From a bacterium (GTDB lineage Bacteria > UBP14 > UBA6098 > B30-G16): 14,124 bases of DNA. A program made the position numbers and the translations under genes. The notes beneath the pieces are model-generated. The model was not told the DNA's origin. It was given only the letters and a program-made list of their open reading frames with translations, and did no database searches. The stretch covers positions 1-14,124 of the forward strand of contig JAMOPH010000163.1 in assembly GCA_027064665.1 (NCBI GenBank), in the 5' to 3' direction. Each line of letters opens with the position of its first letter. Within the stretch, counting starts at the first letter, position 1. Positions 1 through 8,298 of this stretch are shown piece by piece.

Positions 1-1
1 T

Positions 2-2587
2 TTTATCGGCGGGGATGATGTTCTTCTGGCGGCTCACAACGCCTCGTTTGATGTGGGGTTTATTAATGTGAGTTTGCTGGATGCGGGCAAAGAGCCTCTG
101 CGCAATCCCGTGGTTGACACCCTCTCGCTGGCAAGAATTTTATATCCAGACCTTTTGAATCATCAACTTGAGACGGTTGCCGGGCTTTTTAAGTTTGACC
201 TGAGACAGGCTCACCGTGCCACCGAGGATGCCCGGGCTTGCCTTGAGGTGGCAGTCGGTCTGTGGAAAACGCTTCTGGCACTGCCGGAGGAGGTGTTTGA
301 TAAAATTTACGCAATCCTTCAGCAGTCCAATATGCCGGGGATTTTAGACCTGTGGGAAGCCGCCGCCCAGGATAGAATCCTGTCCCGGTATGAGCCGCCC
401 GAGATTGATGAAAAGTATCTTCTCCGCCTGTCCAACGAGTTCGGTGAGAAAGAGAAGGGCACGGTTGAGTTCTCCCCGGAGGTGGTTCTGGAATATTTCT
501 CCGAGGACAGCCCTTTGCGGGCGGTTATGCCGGAGTATCGGTTTCGCCCCCAGCAGAGGCAGATGGCAGAACTTGTCCTCTCGGCGCTCATCAACGGCGA
601 GGTGGCTCTCATTGAGGCTGGCACAGGCATCGGCAAATCCTTCGCCTATTTGATTCCTATGCTTTTCTGGGCAGTGTCCAACGGCGAAAGGGTTGTGGTC
701 TCAACATTCACCAAGGCGCTGGAGGAACAACTTTTCTTTTCCGACCTTGAGGTTCTTCGGCGGGCGCTCCCCTTTGATTTCAAGGCTGTTCTGCTAAAAG
801 GCAAGGGCAATTATATCTGCCTTCGCCGGGTGGAAAGATATCTAAAAAACCCGCAACTTCTGACCTACAACGAGAGGAAAGCGCTTTTGTATATTATTCC
901 GTGGCTTGCGAGGACAAAGTCGGGGGATATATCGGAGAACACCGCGTTTTCCAACTCGGGCTCGCGCCATCTGTGGGAGAAAATCCGTGCGGAAAGCATC
1001 ACCTGTATAGGCAGCAAGTGCCCGTTTTTCAAGCGGGGATGCTATGTCTATTCAATCCGCCGGAAGGTGAGGGATGCCCAGGTTGTGGTGGTTAACCATT
1101 CGCTTCTTCTGGCGGATGCCGCCGGGGGAGTTCTGGGCGATTATAACTATATAGTGCTTGATGAGGCGCACAATCTTGAGCGTGTTGCGGCGGACACCTA
1201 CGGCGCCATTGTTGCACGGTGGCGCATAGTCTCGGCGCTGGATTCAATTTTCACCGATGTCCCACGACCATCGGGCACGCTGGCGTTTCTGTTCTCTTCC
1301 CTGCGGAACAGGGAAAAATACGGCGAACTCTATCAGCAGTGCATAAATGCCATTATGTCCGCAAGGTCTATGACCTTCACCTTCTTTATGGAGTTGACCG
1401 AGCAGATGGAGTTGGTATATCACTGGCGGGAGCAGAGGTATCCGGTCAGGAAGCGCTACGACCCGGACAACCCGGTTTTCCGGAAGATAAGCAAGTTCGG
1501 TGCCCAGTTGATTGAGCACCTAAAACAGGTAAAACTGACGCTGGAGCGGTTTGTTGAGTCGGTTGTCCCGGAGGATGAGGAATCGGAGCGGTTGACCGAG
1601 GAACTTCGTGGAGAGATAGAAAGAATTGATTCCATAATGGATGCGCTCATAACTTCGCTGAATCCCACGGAGTCGGATTTGGTGTATTGGATGGAGTCGC
1701 CGTCGCCGCAGGACGGCAACGAGAACGCCACCGCTTCGCTCAACTTCGCCTATCTGGACATCGGCAGGATTTTAGACAGCGTGATTTACAGAAAGGTTGC
1801 CACGGCGGTGCTTACATCGGCTACATTGAGTATCGCCGGGGATTTTTCCTATTATATCAAGGCGCTGGGATTGTATCGTCTTACGCCGAAGAGGCTGGTC
1901 ACAGCGATTCTGGGCTCGCCGTATGATTACGACAGGCAGTTGAAGGTGTTTGTGGGAAGGTTTCTTCCGCCGCCGAGCCCACACAACGAGCGGGAGTTCA
2001 CCGACGAGATTGTCCGGGTTATATGGGAGGTTTCCCGGAGATTTCGGGCTGGAGCGTTGGCGCTTTTTACGAGCCATCATATGCTCCAAAATGTGTTCTA
2101 CGAACTTCATTCGCTGCTTGAGGAGGAGGGGATAACCCTTCTGGCGCAGCAGTTGTCGGGTTCGCAGGCGGCGGTAAGGCGGAGATTTATTGAGGAGGTG
2201 GAGTCGGTTCTTCTGGGCACGGAGAGTTTCTGGCAGGGGGTCAATGTTCCCGGGGAGAGCCTTGAGGTGCTTTTTATAGTGAAACTGCCCTTCGGCGTGC
2301 CCGATGAGCCATACTCGGAGGCGAAACAGGAGGAAATCCGTGCCTGCGGCGGCAATCCGTTCATTGAGTATGTGGTGCCCCAGAGCGTAATCCGGTTCCG
2401 GCAGGGCGTGGGAAGACTTATCCGCAGCGAAAGCGACAGGGGAGTGCTCATAATCCTTGACCCCCGCATTTCAACCAAGCGCTACGGGAAAATGTTTGTG
2501 GACTCGCTTCCCACCCGGGCGATTGATGTGTTCTCCATTGACGAACTTCTGATGAAAATGGAGGAGCATTTCGGCGACAAAAGGTGA
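2..2587 (+). CDS. dinG: DEDDh-type 3'-5' exonuclease domain fused to a DinG/Rad3-family ATP-dependent DNA helicase. The gene is 5'-partial and begins upstream of the window.
   Basis: The reading frame is open from nt 2, with no start codon in the window. The N-terminal residues FIGGDDVLLAAHNASFDVGFIN match DnaQ-like exonuclease motif III (H-x4-D). Walker A is GTGIGKS and the DEAH box is VLDEAHNL. A Cys cluster (ICLRR ... TCIGSKCPFFKRGC; C-x4-C-x6-C plus an upstream Cys) sits between Walker A and DEAH, which is typical of the Fe-S domain of E. coli-type DinG/XPD. The C-terminal helicase motifs (QGVGRLIRS) are present. The stop is TGA at 2585-2587. Confidence 0.85.
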   Translation, partial: FIGGDDVLLAAHNASFDVGFINVSLLDAGKEPLRNPVVDTLSLARILYPDLLNHQLETVAGLFKFDLRQAHRATEDARACLEVAVGLWKTLLALPEEVFDKIYAILQQSNMPGILDLWEAAAQDRILSRYEPPEIDEKYLLRLSNEFGEKEKGTVEFSPEVVLEYFSEDSPLRAVMPEYRFRPQQRQMAELVLSALINGEVALIEAGTGIGKSFAYLIPMLFWAVSNGERVVVSTFTKALEEQLFFSDLEVLRRALPFDFKAVLLKGKGNYICLRRVERYLKNPQLLTYNERKALLYIIPWLARTKSGDISENTAFSNSGSRHLWEKIRAESITCIGSKCPFFKRGCYVYSIRRKVRDAQVVVVNHSLLLADAAGGVLGDYNYIVLDEAHNLERVAADTYGAIVARWRIVSALDSIFTDVPRPSGTLAFLFSSLRNREKYGELYQQCINAIMSARSMTFTFFMELTEQMELVYHWREQRYPVRKRYDPDNPVFRKISKFGAQLIEHLKQVKLTLERFVESVVPEDEESERLTEELRGEIERIDSIMDALITSLNPTESDLVYWMESPSPQDGNENATASLNFAYLDIGRILDSVIYRKVATAVLTSATLSIAGDFSYYIKALGLYRLTPKRLVTAILGSPYDYDRQLKVFVGRFLPPPSPHNEREFTDEIVRVIWEVSRRFRAGALALFTSHHMLQNVFYELHSLLEEEGITLLAQQLSGSQAAVRRRFIEEVESVLLGTESFWQGVNVPGESLEVLFIVKLPFGVPDEPYSEAKQEEIRACGGNPFIEYVVPQSVIRFRQGVGRLIRSESDRGVLIILDPRISTKRYGKMFVDSLPTRAIDVFSIDELLMKMEEHFGDKR

Positions 2588-3433
2588 TTATTTCCCGCTG
2601 GGCATAACCATAGGCAGAGCCTTGAGGTCTTCGGGAATGACGATTATTGTGTTATTTGGGGAATTTACAAGGGATTTTAGCATTTCAATGCGATACCATC
2701 TTAAGTAATTTGGTGTAAGGCTTTGTGCGATAATGCGATTTGCCTCACGGATTCCCTCAGCCTCAATGATTTTGCGCTCCTTTTCCTTGCGCTCTTTCTC
2801 AAGGACGAACTCCATCTTCTGGGCTTCCTGGTCGGCTGTGATTTTAGCGTTGATTGCATCCTCAACCTCTTTGGGGAGTTGGACATTGCGCAGAAGGATT
2901 CTGTCAATCTCAATGCCTTTGCCCCTGGCGAGTTCAACAGCCCTTTCCTGAATTCGCTGGACGAACTCGTCCCTTTTGGTGGAGTAGATGTCCTCGGCGG
3001 AAAATTTCACGGCGATATCCCGGATGGAGGTTCTGAGCAGAGGGCGCACTACCTTGCTGACATAGTCAAGCCCGATTTTACGGTAAACCTCGGGAGCCTG
3101 CTCGGGGATGAGGCGGAACCAGGCGGTGATATCCAGTTTAACCTTGAGTCCCTCGGAGGTGAGGGCTTCTATGGCATCGTCGCCTTTGCGTTCACCCTCG
3201 GTTGGTGCGGCGGACATAGTGTATGCCTGCAGGCGTGTGTCCATTTTGACGATGTTATATAGCGGGTTGATGATGTGGAATCCCTCGTGCAGAACACCGG
3301 GTTTTACTTTGCCGAAGAGGACTTTGACGCCGACATATCCCGGCGGGATGATGGTGAAGGGATTCAGAAAGATAACGATAATAAGGGCGACGATGACAAT
3401 TAAGATGGTTATACCGATTGTTTTGCGTCTCAT
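2588..3433 (-). CDS. SPFH/band-7 (prohibitin/HflC/stomatin-like) membrane protein
   Basis: A 281-aa ORF with an N-terminal TM helix (ITILIVIVALIIVIF), followed by a typical SPFH core (GYVGVKVLFGKV...) and a C-terminal coiled-coil/Lys-Glu-rich region. An AAGGAG Shine-Dalgarno sequence lies 6-7 nt upstream of the ATG on the minus strand. The stop codon directly abuts the dinG stop. Confidence 0.8.
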   Translation of the reverse strand: MRRKTIGITILIVIVALIIVIFLNPFTIIPPGYVGVKVLFGKVKPGVLHEGFHIINPLYNIVKMDTRLQAYTMSAAPTEGERKGDDAIEALTSEGLKVKLDITAWFRLIPEQAPEVYRKIGLDYVSKVVRPLLRTSIRDIAVKFSAEDIYSTKRDEFVQRIQERAVELARGKGIEIDRILLRNVQLPKEVEDAINAKITADQEAQKMEFVLEKERKEKERKIIEAEGIREANRIIAQSLTPNYLRWYRIEMLKSLVNSPNNTIIVIPEDLKALPMVMPSGK

Positions 3434-3481
3434 AGGTTAACTCCTTGTTTGGTTTAGGGTTCTTATAGTGCATTGGTTAGA

Positions 3482-4159
3482 TTAAGGTAGTAGTAATTTT
3501 CTAATTTTCTCCACAATTTCTCCATAATCCCTCGCTTTATAAAAAGCGCTTCCCATCACCAACATATTGGCACCCGCAGATAAGACAAGCGGGGCGGTTT
3601 CAAGATTAATTCCGCCATCAACGGCGATTATTCGGTTGTATCCAAGTTTGTGGTTTAGATTAGCGAACTGTTCTATTTTGGGTAAAACATCGGGAATAAA
3701 TTTCTGCCCCGCAAAGCCGGGATTTACACTCATAATTAAAATTAGGTCAAAGTTTTCAAGAATTTCCTCATAATTTTGAATTTGAGTGGGAGGATTTATA
3801 GCAATTCCGGCAGAAGTTTTTATTTCTTTTTTAAATTTTTTCCATAAATTTATATCTGCCAGTATCTCTATGTGTGCGGTTATGATTTTCACTCCCATTT
3901 CCGAGAATATTTTACCATATTTAATCGGGTCAGTAATCATTAGATGGGCATCCATAGAAAGGGAGGTTTTGTTTATGATTGATTTAACGACCGGAGGACC
4001 GAAACTTATATTCGGTACGAAATGCCCATCCATAATGTCAAGGTGAATCATATCAGCGCCGGCGGACTCCGTTTTCTTTATTTCTTCCCCTAAGTTGGAG
4101 AAATCAGCCGCTAAAATTGAGGGAGCGATGAGTATTTTACCATTAGTAACCGGTTTCAT
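3482..4159 (-). CDS. rpe: ribulose-phosphate 3-epimerase
   Basis: 225 aa. Canonical Rpe signature IAPSILAADF...GADMIHLDIMDGHFVPNISFGPPVV, a (beta/alpha)8 phosphate-binding C-terminus (VDGGIN). The ATG overlaps the TGA of the upstream ORF (ATGA). Confidence 0.92.
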   Translation of the reverse strand: MKPVTNGKILIAPSILAADFSNLGEEIKKTESAGADMIHLDIMDGHFVPNISFGPPVVKSIINKTSLSMDAHLMITDPIKYGKIFSEMGVKIITAHIEILADINLWKKFKKEIKTSAGIAINPPTQIQNYEEILENFDLILIMSVNPGFAGQKFIPDVLPKIEQFANLNHKLGYNRIIAVDGGINLETAPLVLSAGANMLVMGSAFYKARDYGEIVEKIRKLLLP

Positions 4160-5079
4160 CGTCCATTGTCTAACAATTCTTTTACTTTTTCAAGGAATTT
4201 ACCGGAAAAAATGTTCTTAATTGCGTCAACATCTGAAACGCTAACTGCCTTTACAAGGGCATCAATAGCGTTTTCCTCGGAGTCTATGATTTTAGTTGAT
4301 AAATTCGAGACCAATGCTCTCATACATTTTTGGAATGCTGGTTCAATAGAAGAATTTAGTTCATCAAATTGCATAGTATTATAGAAATCCGCAAGTGAAA
4401 ATTTGCATTTTGGGCACACAAAATGTTTGAGTATATCGTCTTCAGAGGGGGAGTAATCACATAGAGAAAAATCCTTAATAATAGCAATTCTGACATTTTG
4501 TATATCGGGGACTGTGCAATATGGTTTTAGAATATCAATACACGAAAGTTCTTCCATTATAGTAATTTTGTGGATTAAATCATCTATTTGTGGCTGTAAG
4601 GAACGAATTTTGTTGTTATGTTCTTGATGTATTTGCAAATATTTCTTCGCATATTTCCGAGCAAACTCTTCAAATCGTGTTTCGAATTCGTCGGCACGGT
4701 GAGGCTGACTGAAAATAACCGTGGGGAATAGTGTTTTTAAGGAGTCCTGCAATAACTCTAATTCTGAATTTTCTGCACCAACCCTAACTGTTTGCAGGAA
4801 TTTCGCCATATATTTAAATTTCTCAATACCTTGCACTATATAATCCCACCATCGCAGCATATCATACATATTTACCAGAAATTCGGGATCTTTAATCTCA
4901 TCGGGGCTTTTAGATATAAATGACTCGTAAGAATCATATTTTTTTATCTCTGATGCAATATCTAATAAAGTAATCACCTTATTGGGAACATCTACATTGC
5001 TAATTTGGGCAAGATAGAACAATTTGTTTGCAATGTTATCTATATTCATATCGGCGATTTTTTTGAAAATGCTTTCCAT
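4156..5079 (-). CDS. hypothetical protein, predicted soluble and helical, with a C-terminal Cys cluster (C...C...C...CPKC). Function unknown.
   Basis: A 307-aa ORF. The ATG at 5079 is preceded by AAGGAG 7 nt upstream. Its stop overlaps the rpe start (ATGA coupling), and its SD overlaps the 3' end of the mscS-like gene. There are no TM segments. I recognise no conserved catalytic motif. It is AT-rich. Confidence 0.6.
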   Translation of the reverse strand: MESIFKKIADMNIDNIANKLFYLAQISNVDVPNKVITLLDIASEIKKYDSYESFISKSPDEIKDPEFLVNMYDMLRWWDYIVQGIEKFKYMAKFLQTVRVGAENSELELLQDSLKTLFPTVIFSQPHRADEFETRFEEFARKYAKKYLQIHQEHNNKIRSLQPQIDDLIHKITIMEELSCIDILKPYCTVPDIQNVRIAIIKDFSLCDYSPSEDDILKHFVCPKCKFSLADFYNTMQFDELNSSIEPAFQKCMRALVSNLSTKIIDSEENAIDALVKAVSVSDVDAIKNIFSGKFLEKVKELLDNGR

Positions 5080-5094
5080 ACATCACTCCTTAAT

Positions 5095-5943
5095 TTAGTT
5101 TACTATCCTGTATGTAGTATATGCCAGTTCTACTTCTGGGGTTGCATTAATCTCATTTAACAGAAGGTCAAATACCTTAGACTCCATACTGCGTCTCTGC
5201 CGCACATTGACGAGGAATCTTCCTATGAGATTTACCCCGCTGTCCGCAATTTTGATATACACTATGGGATCAAAATTTTTATAATGGATCAAAAATTTCT
5301 CCTGTGCTCTGCGAATAGCCTGTTCAACCTCGCGAGGTGAATTACCTACAACTTTCTTCAACACCTGATGATATATTTCTACTGCCTTTCTATAGTCGCT
5401 TTCAAAAGTTATTGTTATAGCAAGTTCCGTCCATATATAAGGGAAAGCCTGCGTATAATTGAAGGTTTCCTTAGTAAATACCCAATTATTGGGAATCTTT
5501 ACTAATCTACCGGTGCTCTGTTCACCGTTAACCCAGTTGCCTATTTCAATCATACTTGTGGTGAGCATAGAAATATCTATAACATCCCCCTTAATCCCCC
5601 CAATTTCAATCCTGTCCCCCACCGAATAGAGTTTTGACCCGTTTATGTGAAGCCATCCCACGACTGAGGAAAGCGGATCCTTCAGAGCCAGCGCGATTCC
5701 GGCAGAAAGTAGCCCCAGCATCGTGGTGATCGACCCCAGCATTTCAGCCCATATCATCCCTATTACAAGCAAAGCAGATACCCCGACCAACAACGAAATC
5801 CTTTTGGTTGCTTTGTATCTTTGGACGGAATTGGGCACCGTTTTGGAAATGATCTTTCGGAAAAAGACCCCCAGAAGATAAAACGCCGCCAAAACAATTA
5901 TTGAGGAAAAAATCTTGTTTGCGATTTCCGTCCCGAACGGCAT
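5095..5943 (-). CDS. mscS: small-conductance mechanosensitive channel (MscS family)
   Basis: Three N-terminal TM helices are followed by the MscS beta-domain signature (GDRIEIGGIKGDVIDISMLTTSMIEIGNW...VKIPNN). I place the start at ATG 5943, which has an AAGGAG SD 7 nt upstream. The ORF track extends to a TTG at 5997, which is less likely. Confidence 0.85.
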   Translation of the reverse strand: MPFGTEIANKIFSSIIVLAAFYLLGVFFRKIISKTVPNSVQRYKATKRISLLVGVSALLVIGMIWAEMLGSITTMLGLLSAGIALALKDPLSSVVGWLHINGSKLYSVGDRIEIGGIKGDVIDISMLTTSMIEIGNWVNGEQSTGRLVKIPNNWVFTKETFNYTQAFPYIWTELAITITFESDYRKAVEIYHQVLKKVVGNSPREVEQAIRRAQEKFLIHYKNFDPIVYIKIADSGVNLIGRFLVNVRQRRSMESKVFDLLLNEINATPEVELAYTTYRIVN

Positions 5944-6004
5944 CTTTCGCTCCTTCTCCTTGGTTGAAATTATTAACCTCCACAAAGGAGATGTCAATAA
6001 TTAC

Positions 6005-6033
6005 TTGCCTGGCGAAAACTTTATTTTTAATTT
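6005..6033 (+). promoter_or_regulatory. candidate sigma70-like promoter (TTGCCT-17-TAATTT) for the plus-strand operon, within the divergent intergenic region
   Basis: There is a -35-like TTGCCT at 6005-6010, a 17-nt spacer, and a -10-like TAATTT at 6028-6033. A GAGGTGAT Shine-Dalgarno sequence lies 5 nt upstream of ATG 6068. This rests on sequence pattern only. Confidence 0.3.
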
Positions 6034-6067
6034 TTGCCGAGTTGAACTTACGCCTTGAGGTGATGCT

Positions 6068-6895
6068 ATGAGGAAATTTTTCCCGTTACTTCTGATGACG
6101 CTTATGTTCTTACCGGCGACGGCGGTGGAGATATCCGCCCCGATAAAGTGGCACTCGGAGGGGTATCTTCTGCGCTTTGTCCCCCGCTCCGACCGGTATT
6201 TCCTTGAGGGAACAGTTGATAACTTAATAGATATGCTGAAAGTTGATTTTGGTGCCGAGCGTTCCCTTACCCTATTTTTACGAGCGACTATATGGACAGG
6301 GATGGGCTACCAGTGCGAGGATGTTATCTTTGACCCGAGGGATATGCATTACTCCTTGGTTCCCGGTCTCAGAGGCGAGATGGGGAAATACTCCCTCACA
6401 TTCCAGTGGCTCCACGACTGTTTCCACGAGGTTGACCGGAAAACCGAGCCCACTATTATATGGAACGCCTTTGAGTTTCGTTTCTCCCCGCAACATTTTA
6501 CCTCTGGAAATAAGATGGACAAATTTTACCAGTCGGATAAGGTTTTGACCTTTTTCCCGTTCTTTGATTGGGAGATATATTTTGCATTTTATCCTAAATT
6601 GCGTTCTGTGTCGTGGTTCCAATATATGCAACCATTTTCTACTCACACGGGCGCTGATATTAAAATAGGTTTAATTCAGCATAAATCTATTTTGCTCGGG
6701 ATTGAGTATACCCCAACTTTATGGACAAAATATGGCGGAGGAGTGTGCCATCGGCAATTAGCACAGATAAATCTGGATTATGTAGGTGATTATGGCGTAT
6801 TTTCCTTCTTTTGGGGATATAATTTCTATGAGGATCAACCAGTTCGCCCGAAACCACACAGAGCAATAATAGGGGTTAGGTGGGAAACGAGATGA
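6068..6895 (+). CDS. secreted beta-rich protein with a cleavable signal peptide; possible outer-membrane beta-barrel; function unknown
   Basis: 275 aa. The N-terminus (MRKFFPLLLMTLMFLPATAVE) is a classic Sec signal peptide. The mature part has alternating aromatic/hydrophobic beta-strand-like segments (YSLTFQW, IYFAFYP, ILLGIEYTP, VFSFFWGY, AIIGVRWE). Its stop TGA overlaps the ATG of the next gene. Confidence 0.65.
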   Translation: MRKFFPLLLMTLMFLPATAVEISAPIKWHSEGYLLRFVPRSDRYFLEGTVDNLIDMLKVDFGAERSLTLFLRATIWTGMGYQCEDVIFDPRDMHYSLVPGLRGEMGKYSLTFQWLHDCFHEVDRKTEPTIIWNAFEFRFSPQHFTSGNKMDKFYQSDKVLTFFPFFDWEIYFAFYPKLRSVSWFQYMQPFSTHTGADIKIGLIQHKSILLGIEYTPTLWTKYGGGVCHRQLAQINLDYVGDYGVFSFFWGYNFYEDQPVRPKPHRAIIGVRWETR

Positions 6896-8298
6896 TCTCA
6901 GCTAATCAATTGAGAATTATAAAGTCTGTGTTATATGCCGTTCTGATCGTCCTCTGTGTAATCTATTTGTTTTCTGTAAGACGCCCTCATATACCTGAGT
7001 TCGCTCATTATTATATCGGTGCCAAATATCACCGCGAACTCGGGTATTTTGGTATCTATGATGCATATCTTAAAGCACTTATGGAAATACACAACAGCGA
7101 TTCGCTGCTCACTTATATACGGGCAGTTAGAAATCTTGAAGATATAGGCTATATGTCGCCTGATAAATCCCTGAAAAGGTTTGCAAATCAGAGATGGAGA
7201 CCCGAGCGCTGGCGGGAATTTGTCGCCGATGTAAGGTTTATTGATAAAAAACTTGCCGAAAATCCACAAAAATCTGTTCTTCAGCACTGGTCGACTATTA
7301 TGGTTGACCACGGTTATAATCCACCACCGACATACACTGCGTATGTCCTGCCGTTGGCAAACTTAATTGGACTTAATGAGAGGAATTTAACGATACTATG
7401 TGCATTTGATATCATCTTCGTTGCCGCAATTTTTACACTTATATACCTCATAGCAGGTTTAGATGCTATGGTTTTATCCTTTGTTTTCTTCGTATCTGCA
7501 CGGGATATGCTCTCATATACCACCTGGAGTCTTTTTCGTTTTGACTGGATGTTTGCCCTTGCTTTGGCTTTCTGGATGATGAAAAAAGAAAAATTCCTTA
7601 TTTCTGGCATATTCTGGGCTATTTCTTCTTTATTAAGAATATTTCCTGCGTATATGATGTTTTTCGCAGTCATAATATGTCTTATAATTTACCGCAACAA
7701 TTCTAAAAATCTAAGAAAATTGGGTAAATTTGTGTTGGGCTTGATAATAGGTGCCGTGGGTTTCGTGCTTTTGTCGGCAATACTTTTAACTCTCGAAGGT
7801 ATAGACCCGTTGAAGGCATATATTCAGTTCTTCGCCAGAATTTCGGTTCATTCGGCAGAATCCCAACTTTTCAATGCCATAGGGCTAAAGAAATTGTTTG
7901 AACATTTCAATTTTAATCCAGGTCCGCTGGGGGAACTGCTGATTGGTTTGATTTTCGCCGTGTTTTTGGCTGTTTATTTGATAAATTTGCGAGCAAATCC
8001 CTACGAAATTGCAGTTATGTCAATTTTATTCATACCGCCTTTTTTCTATCTCAGCCACTATTATTATTTAATGCTGGTCTTTTTACCAACCCTCAAAAGG
8101 CGAATTATAAACCTATTTATGGGCGTTTTTATTGCAATCAATATATGGATTACATATAGCCTTCACGGCGCCAGCGGATATTATAGAATTGTTGACAAGG
8201 AATGCGTGGCATATTCTATAATATTACTGTTAATGCCAATATCTCTGTGGGGAATTCAATTTATTCACAACAAATATAGAAAAACTAATTCTGTTTAG
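6892..8298 (+). CDS. polytopic integral membrane protein (~11-13 TM). Possibly a GT-C-like glycosyltransferase or polymerase-type membrane protein; function unknown.
   Basis: I place the start at ATG 6892, which overlaps the upstream TGA (ATGA). The ORF track begins at GTG 6880. A first TM helix is followed by a ~130-aa soluble loop, then many hydrophobic helices. The sequence is very AT-rich (I/F/L/Y-rich). Its 3' end overlaps queH tail-to-tail by 14 nt. Confidence 0.7.
   Translation: MISANQLRIIKSVLYAVLIVLCVIYLFSVRRPHIPEFAHYYIGAKYHRELGYFGIYDAYLKALMEIHNSDSLLTYIRAVRNLEDIGYMSPDKSLKRFANQRWRPERWREFVADVRFIDKKLAENPQKSVLQHWSTIMVDHGYNPPPTYTAYVLPLANLIGLNERNLTILCAFDIIFVAAIFTLIYLIAGLDAMVLSFVFFVSARDMLSYTTWSLFRFDWMFALALAFWMMKKEKFLISGIFWAISSLLRIFPAYMMFFAVIICLIIYRNNSKNLRKLGKFVLGLIIGAVGFVLLSAILLTLEGIDPLKAYIQFFARISVHSAESQLFNAIGLKKLFEHFNFNPGPLGELLIGLIFAVFLAVYLINLRANPYEIAVMSILFIPPFFYLSHYYYLMLVFLPTLKRRIINLFMGVFIAINIWITYSLHGASGYYRIVDKECVAYSIILLLMPISLWGIQFIHNKYRKTNSV

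Noticed and set aside
319-2478. Multiple 60-125-aa ORFs in alternative frames inside dinG (for example 319-636, 1244-1519, 1772-2110 and 2107-2478)
   Set aside because: These are spurious overlapping ORFs in a ~55% GC gene whose main frame shows unmistakable helicase motifs.
2723-3262. 179-aa plus-strand ORF, and other 60-110-aa ORFs, lying antisense to the SPFH gene
   Set aside because: They lie entirely within the conserved SPFH-domain CDS on the opposite strand. Their composition is low-complexity and Leu/Ser-rich, typical of antisense frames of a GC-rich gene. They have no RBS.
5943-5997. The N-terminal 18 codons of the track's MscS ORF (TTG start at 5997)
   Set aside because: The internal ATG at 5943 has a canonical AAGGAG SD 7 nt upstream, and the extension contains a GGAGG that better serves as spacer sequence. 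I therefore treated the extension as 5' UTR.
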